A stretch of 64,000 nucleotides of DNA from the NCBI GenBank assembly GCA_963707025.1, contig CAVPOM010000007.1, forward strand, positions 192,001-256,000, written 5' to 3'. The notes beneath the pieces are model-generated. The model made no database searches. It worked only from the letters and a program-made list of their open reading frames with translations, and was not told the DNA's origin. Origin of the DNA: an uncultured Verrucomicrobiae bacterium (GTDB taxonomy: Bacteria > Verrucomicrobiota > Verrucomicrobiia > Limisphaerales > Palsa-1400). The position numbers and the translations under genes were made by a program. The first letter of the stretch is position 1. The number at the start of each line of letters is the position of its first letter. Positions 60,589 through 64,000 of the stretch are shown in pieces.

Positions 60589-62103
60589 ATGAATACCAAC
60601 CATTCCTCCCCTTGCATGCCCCGCCGGGCCTTCATCAAAACCACCGCCGCGACCGCCGCCGCCGCGACCGTGGCGCCGGCCTTGCTTTCGACCGCCGCCG
60701 CCCAACCCGCCCCGGCAAAAATGATCGGCATCCAGGCCGGCCCGGTTTCCTTTGTGGACGAAGGAGTCGAACCGGTGCTCGATGTTTTTCAGGAGAAGGG
60801 CGCGGTCAACACGGTTTTTCTGACCACCTTCACCTACGGACGCGGTTTGTCCGGACGCCAGATCGCGGGCCACCCCTATCCCGATCATGGCAAGCAGGAA
60901 TCCGATGCCGCCTTTTATCATGGCGGCAACTACGCCACGCCGCACCCCGAGTTTTACCAGCACACCGCCCTGAAACAAACCCGCGCCCCGGATCACGGCG
61001 ACCTGGATATTGTCGCCGCCGTGCTGCCCGGCGCGCGCCGGCGCGGGATGAAACTGTTCTGCTCCATCGAAGACGCCTGGCGCGCCGACGTGCCCGGCTT
61101 GCCGGAGTTGGCCGAAGTGGACCTGCGAGGCCGCCGCACCTCTGCCACTTTGTGCCCGCTCCATCCCGAGGTCCAGGCCTTCTGGACCGGCCTGGCCACC
61201 GACCTCTGCAAGTCCTACGACATTGACGGCATCCTCTTTTTCAACGAGAACAACGGCCCGCTGCTCGAAGCCCTCGGCGCCAGTCACGCCCAGAGAATCG
61301 CCTCCTCCCGCGCCACCTGCTTTTGCGAGTTTCACAAACAGGCGGCGCGCGAGCGCGGCCTGAGCTTTGAACGCGCCCACCAAGGCTTCGTCAAGCTGGA
61401 CCAGTTTGTGCAAAACTCCCTGGCTGGCCGGCGGCCCGCCGACGGTTACTTCGTCGAGTTCTGGCGCCTGCTGGTGGAGTATCCCGAAATCATCGCCTGG
61501 GACCGGTTGTTTGACGAAGGCAAGCATGCGGTGCTGGCGGAGGTCAACGCCGCCGTCAAGGCGGTGCGGCCCGGCCTGCAGGTTGGATTTCACATCGAGC
61601 ACGTCAACTCGTTCAATCCCATCTTCCGCGCCACCCGCAGCTACGCCGACCTTGCGACGAAATCCGATTTCCTAAAAATTGTTGTGTACAACAACTGCGC
61701 CGGCGAGCGCTACGCCAACTTCATCCGCAACGTCCACGCCACCGTCTTCCGCGATGTCCCGGCGGAGGAGTTGCTCCGTTTCAACAACCATCTCCTCAAC
61801 TACGGCGCCGAAGCCGGGATGGACGGCTTGGCCCGGGCCGGCCTTTCCGCCGATTACGTCTTTCGCGAGACGCAGCGCGCCCTGGCCGGCGTGCAGGGCC
61901 AATGCAAAATCCTGCCGGGCATTGACATTGACCTGCCCACCGGCCCGGACAGCCGCAAGGCCACGGCGGAGGACACCTACGCCGCCGCCGCCGCCGGACT
62001 CAAGGCCGGGGCCGACGGCTTGCTCTACTCGCGCAAATACTCCGAGATGCGCCTGGCCAACCTCGCCGCCGCCGGCCGGGCCGCGCGCGATTTCAAAGGG
62101 TAG
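60589..62103 (+). CDS. Tat-exported hypothetical protein, possible glycoside hydrolase-like barrel
   Basis: PRRAFIK twin-arginine leader; YDIDGIL; SRKYSEMRLANL tail. Confidence 0.7.
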   Translation: MNTNHSSPCMPRRAFIKTTAATAAAATVAPALLSTAAAQPAPAKMIGIQAGPVSFVDEGVEPVLDVFQEKGAVNTVFLTTFTYGRGLSGRQIAGHPYPDHGKQESDAAFYHGGNYATPHPEFYQHTALKQTRAPDHGDLDIVAAVLPGARRRGMKLFCSIEDAWRADVPGLPELAEVDLRGRRTSATLCPLHPEVQAFWTGLATDLCKSYDIDGILFFNENNGPLLEALGASHAQRIASSRATCFCEFHKQAARERGLSFERAHQGFVKLDQFVQNSLAGRRPADGYFVEFWRLLVEYPEIIAWDRLFDEGKHAVLAEVNAAVKAVRPGLQVGFHIEHVNSFNPIFRATRSYADLATKSDFLKIVVYNNCAGERYANFIRNVHATVFRDVPAEELLRFNNHLLNYGAEAGMDGLARAGLSADYVFRETQRALAGVQGQCKILPGIDIDLPTGPDSRKATAEDTYAAAAAGLKAGADGLLYSRKYSEMRLANLAAAGRAARDFKG

Positions 62104-62247
62104 TTGCCTGGGAAAGGGAAGGCAGCAGGGGAGCATGCGCGCCCTCGCTTGTGACGACCACTGCCCGCGCGAAATCCGGGGCCGCATGTCAAGAGGGAGC
62201 GAGGGTTGAAACGCCTTGGGACACGCCCCATTTTGTTTCAAATTCTC

Positions 62248-62724
62248 TCACCATGAAACGACAATGTCATACCAATCTGCGCCGCCAAAGGCCTCGTCAT
62301 CGAAGGTGATGCCCAGCGTTTCATTGTTGGCGGGGTCCGGCATCTGGGTGATGGTGACGGGGCCGCGCCCGGTCCGTTTTGAGATTTTAATTTTCGCCGG
62401 GTTACCCGGCCGGAAGGCGGGATTCAGCCCGGCATACGGCTGGCTCACGTTATTACTCCATTGCAGATTCCAGGCCTTGCCATTGAAGTACACGGGGTTG
62501 GCAGGCAATTGCCAGGATTTGTGCTCGAACCACAGTTTGTCGCCGCAGATCAGGACGACGTCCTTTCCATCAATATGCGCCTTGATCCGCAAAGCCGGCT
62601 GGCCAGGCCCGCAGCCATTCCAGAGGACCAGGCCCGCCAATCCGATGAAAACCACCGCCAGCGCCTCAGACGCCACCGCGCTCAACCGCTGCCCGGCGTG
62701 CTGCCATGGTCGGATTGCTTTCAT
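62248..62724 (-). CDS. hypothetical membrane-anchored protein/lipoprotein
   Basis: TM plus LWNGC; beta-rich body ending GGADWYDIVVSW. Confidence 0.6.
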   Translation of the reverse strand: MKAIRPWQHAGQRLSAVASEALAVVFIGLAGLVLWNGCGPGQPALRIKAHIDGKDVVLICGDKLWFEHKSWQLPANPVYFNGKAWNLQWSNNVSQPYAGLNPAFRPGNPAKIKISKRTGRGPVTITQMPDPANNETLGITFDDEAFGGADWYDIVVSW

Positions 62725-62801
62725 GCCCAAACCGTCGCGCCAAAATTCCGGGTTGTCCAGCCGAAACGCTCCCAGACGCCAACGATGGCCTGGCGTCTGG
62801 C

Positions 62802-63888
62802 TCAGCCGGCGCCGTCCACGGGGAGGCGGACGGTCACGGTGGTGAGTTGGCCGGGCTGGGAGGCGAAGTGGATGGTCCCCCCGTGGGCGTGGACAATCCA
62901 TTGCGCGATGCTCAAGCCCAGCCCGCAGCCTTCGACCTCGCGGTTGTGGCTGGCGTCGCCGCGAAAAAAGGGATCGAAGACGCGCGGCTGCAGTTCGGGG
63001 GCCAGGCCCGCGCCGGTGTTGGCGATGCGCAACTCGGCGGAGGGCCCGGCCCGCTTCAGAGAAATGGCCACCGTGCCGCCGGGCTGATTGTACTTGACGG
63101 CGTTGTCCGTCAAATTCAGCAGCAACTGGCGCAAACGATGGCGGTCGCCCTGGAGGGAGGCGGCCTGGCAGTCGGAAAGGCTGACCTGCACCCCCGCGGG
63201 CTGCGCCAGGAGGTTGGCGTCGGCGAAGCATTCCCGCACCAGTTCGTCCAACGGCACCGGTTCCAGGCGCAGGGCGATCTGGCCGGCGTCGGCCTTGGTC
63301 AGGAGCGTCAGGCCATCCACAATTTTGGCCAGCCGGTCAATCTCGTCCATCTGGCTCAAAAGGCGGGCCGGCTGGGGCGGGGCGCCGTTTTTTTCCTCGC
63401 GCAGTGCGACTTCCAACTCGCCGCGCAGGACGGTGAGCGGGGTTTTGAGCTCGTGCGAGGCGTGCAGGGTGAATTCGCGCACGCGCTGGAAGGAGGTGTC
63501 GAGGCGGGCCGTCATGCCGTTGAAAACCTCCGTCAGCCGGTCCAGTTCGTCGCCGTTGCCGGAGCGGGGCAATTGCTCGCGCAGGCTGCGTTCGTTGATG
63601 CGCCCGGCCGCCTGGGTCAGGGCCGCCACGGGGGCGAGAGCTTTGCGGGTGAGCCACCAGCCGCCCGCCAGGGCCAGCAGCAGCGCCGGCACGCCGCTCC
63701 ACAAGATGATCTCCCGGACCTCCCGGAAATCCATCGCCTGGTCCGCCACTTCATCCGCCGGCTCCCCCCCGCTGAGCGCGGTGGGCCGGGATGGCCACAA
63801 AGTGCCGGTAGGCAAGGGCGCCGGTGGCCAGCAACGAGGCAAACATGAGGCTGGCGTACCAAAAAGTGAGGCGGGCGCGAATGGTCAT
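62802..63888 (-). CDS. sensor histidine kinase (HAMP-HisKA-HATPase; +1 frameshift in G7 run at 63764-63770)
   Basis: MTIRARLTFWY; ASHELKTPL, NLTDNAVKY, GLGLSI. Confidence 0.9.
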
Positions 63889-63917
63889 ATTGCATCAGGC
63901 AAAGTTCACTTCGGGTC

Positions 63918-64000
63918 TTACTTTCCCTCCTTCAGCACATAACCGGCCCCGCGCACGGTATGGAGGAGTTTGTGCTCGAAGTCGGCGTCAATCTTCTCCC
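63918..64000 (-). CDS. OmpR-family response regulator, 3' end (partial)
   Basis: Manual translation EKIDADFEHKLLHTVRGAGYVLKEGK*. Confidence 0.88.
   Translation of the reverse strand, partial: EKIDADFEHKLLHTVRGAGYVLKEGK

Overview
GC-rich bacterial chromosomal segment. Gene content and style (PEP-CTERM protein, VYSxNxVGY-type secreted protein, TPR membrane proteins) suggest Verrucomicrobiota; this is inference. Left to right it holds: an EboD/AroB-like gene (partial), a parDE module, a sulfate ABC operon with porin and divergent Rrf2 regulator, a TlpA-type redoxin, a complete group II intron (minus strand, about 10437-12394), DUF1015, CDF, argG followed by a DUF4160/DUF2442-like cassette, an MglA/MglB/roadblock operon, transglutaminase, ltaE, a phosphoesterase, HIT-phoH-ybeY-DUF502-recO, ispG-rseP, GH30-GH55-xylA, HNH, RelE, tRNA-Glu, secreted surface proteins, ADH, rdgB, a cyclophilin-Ig protein, msrA, leuS and a two-component system (partial). 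Four signals stand out. (1) The intron has a non-canonical TTGCG 5' end, and its EBS1 loop is complementary to a local decamer repeat (GGTCAAAC); it sits in the middle of an inverted pair of these repeats. (2) Several families of REP-like palindromes, MITEs and 6/7/9-mer microrepeats occur intergenically and also in-frame inside housekeeping genes (four in leuS). (3) A small toxin-antitoxin-like cassette is bracketed by a 101-bp duplication of the argG 3' end. (4) Many promoters appear leaderless. About nine genes carry single-base indels or in-frame stops, most simply explained by consensus sequencing error.
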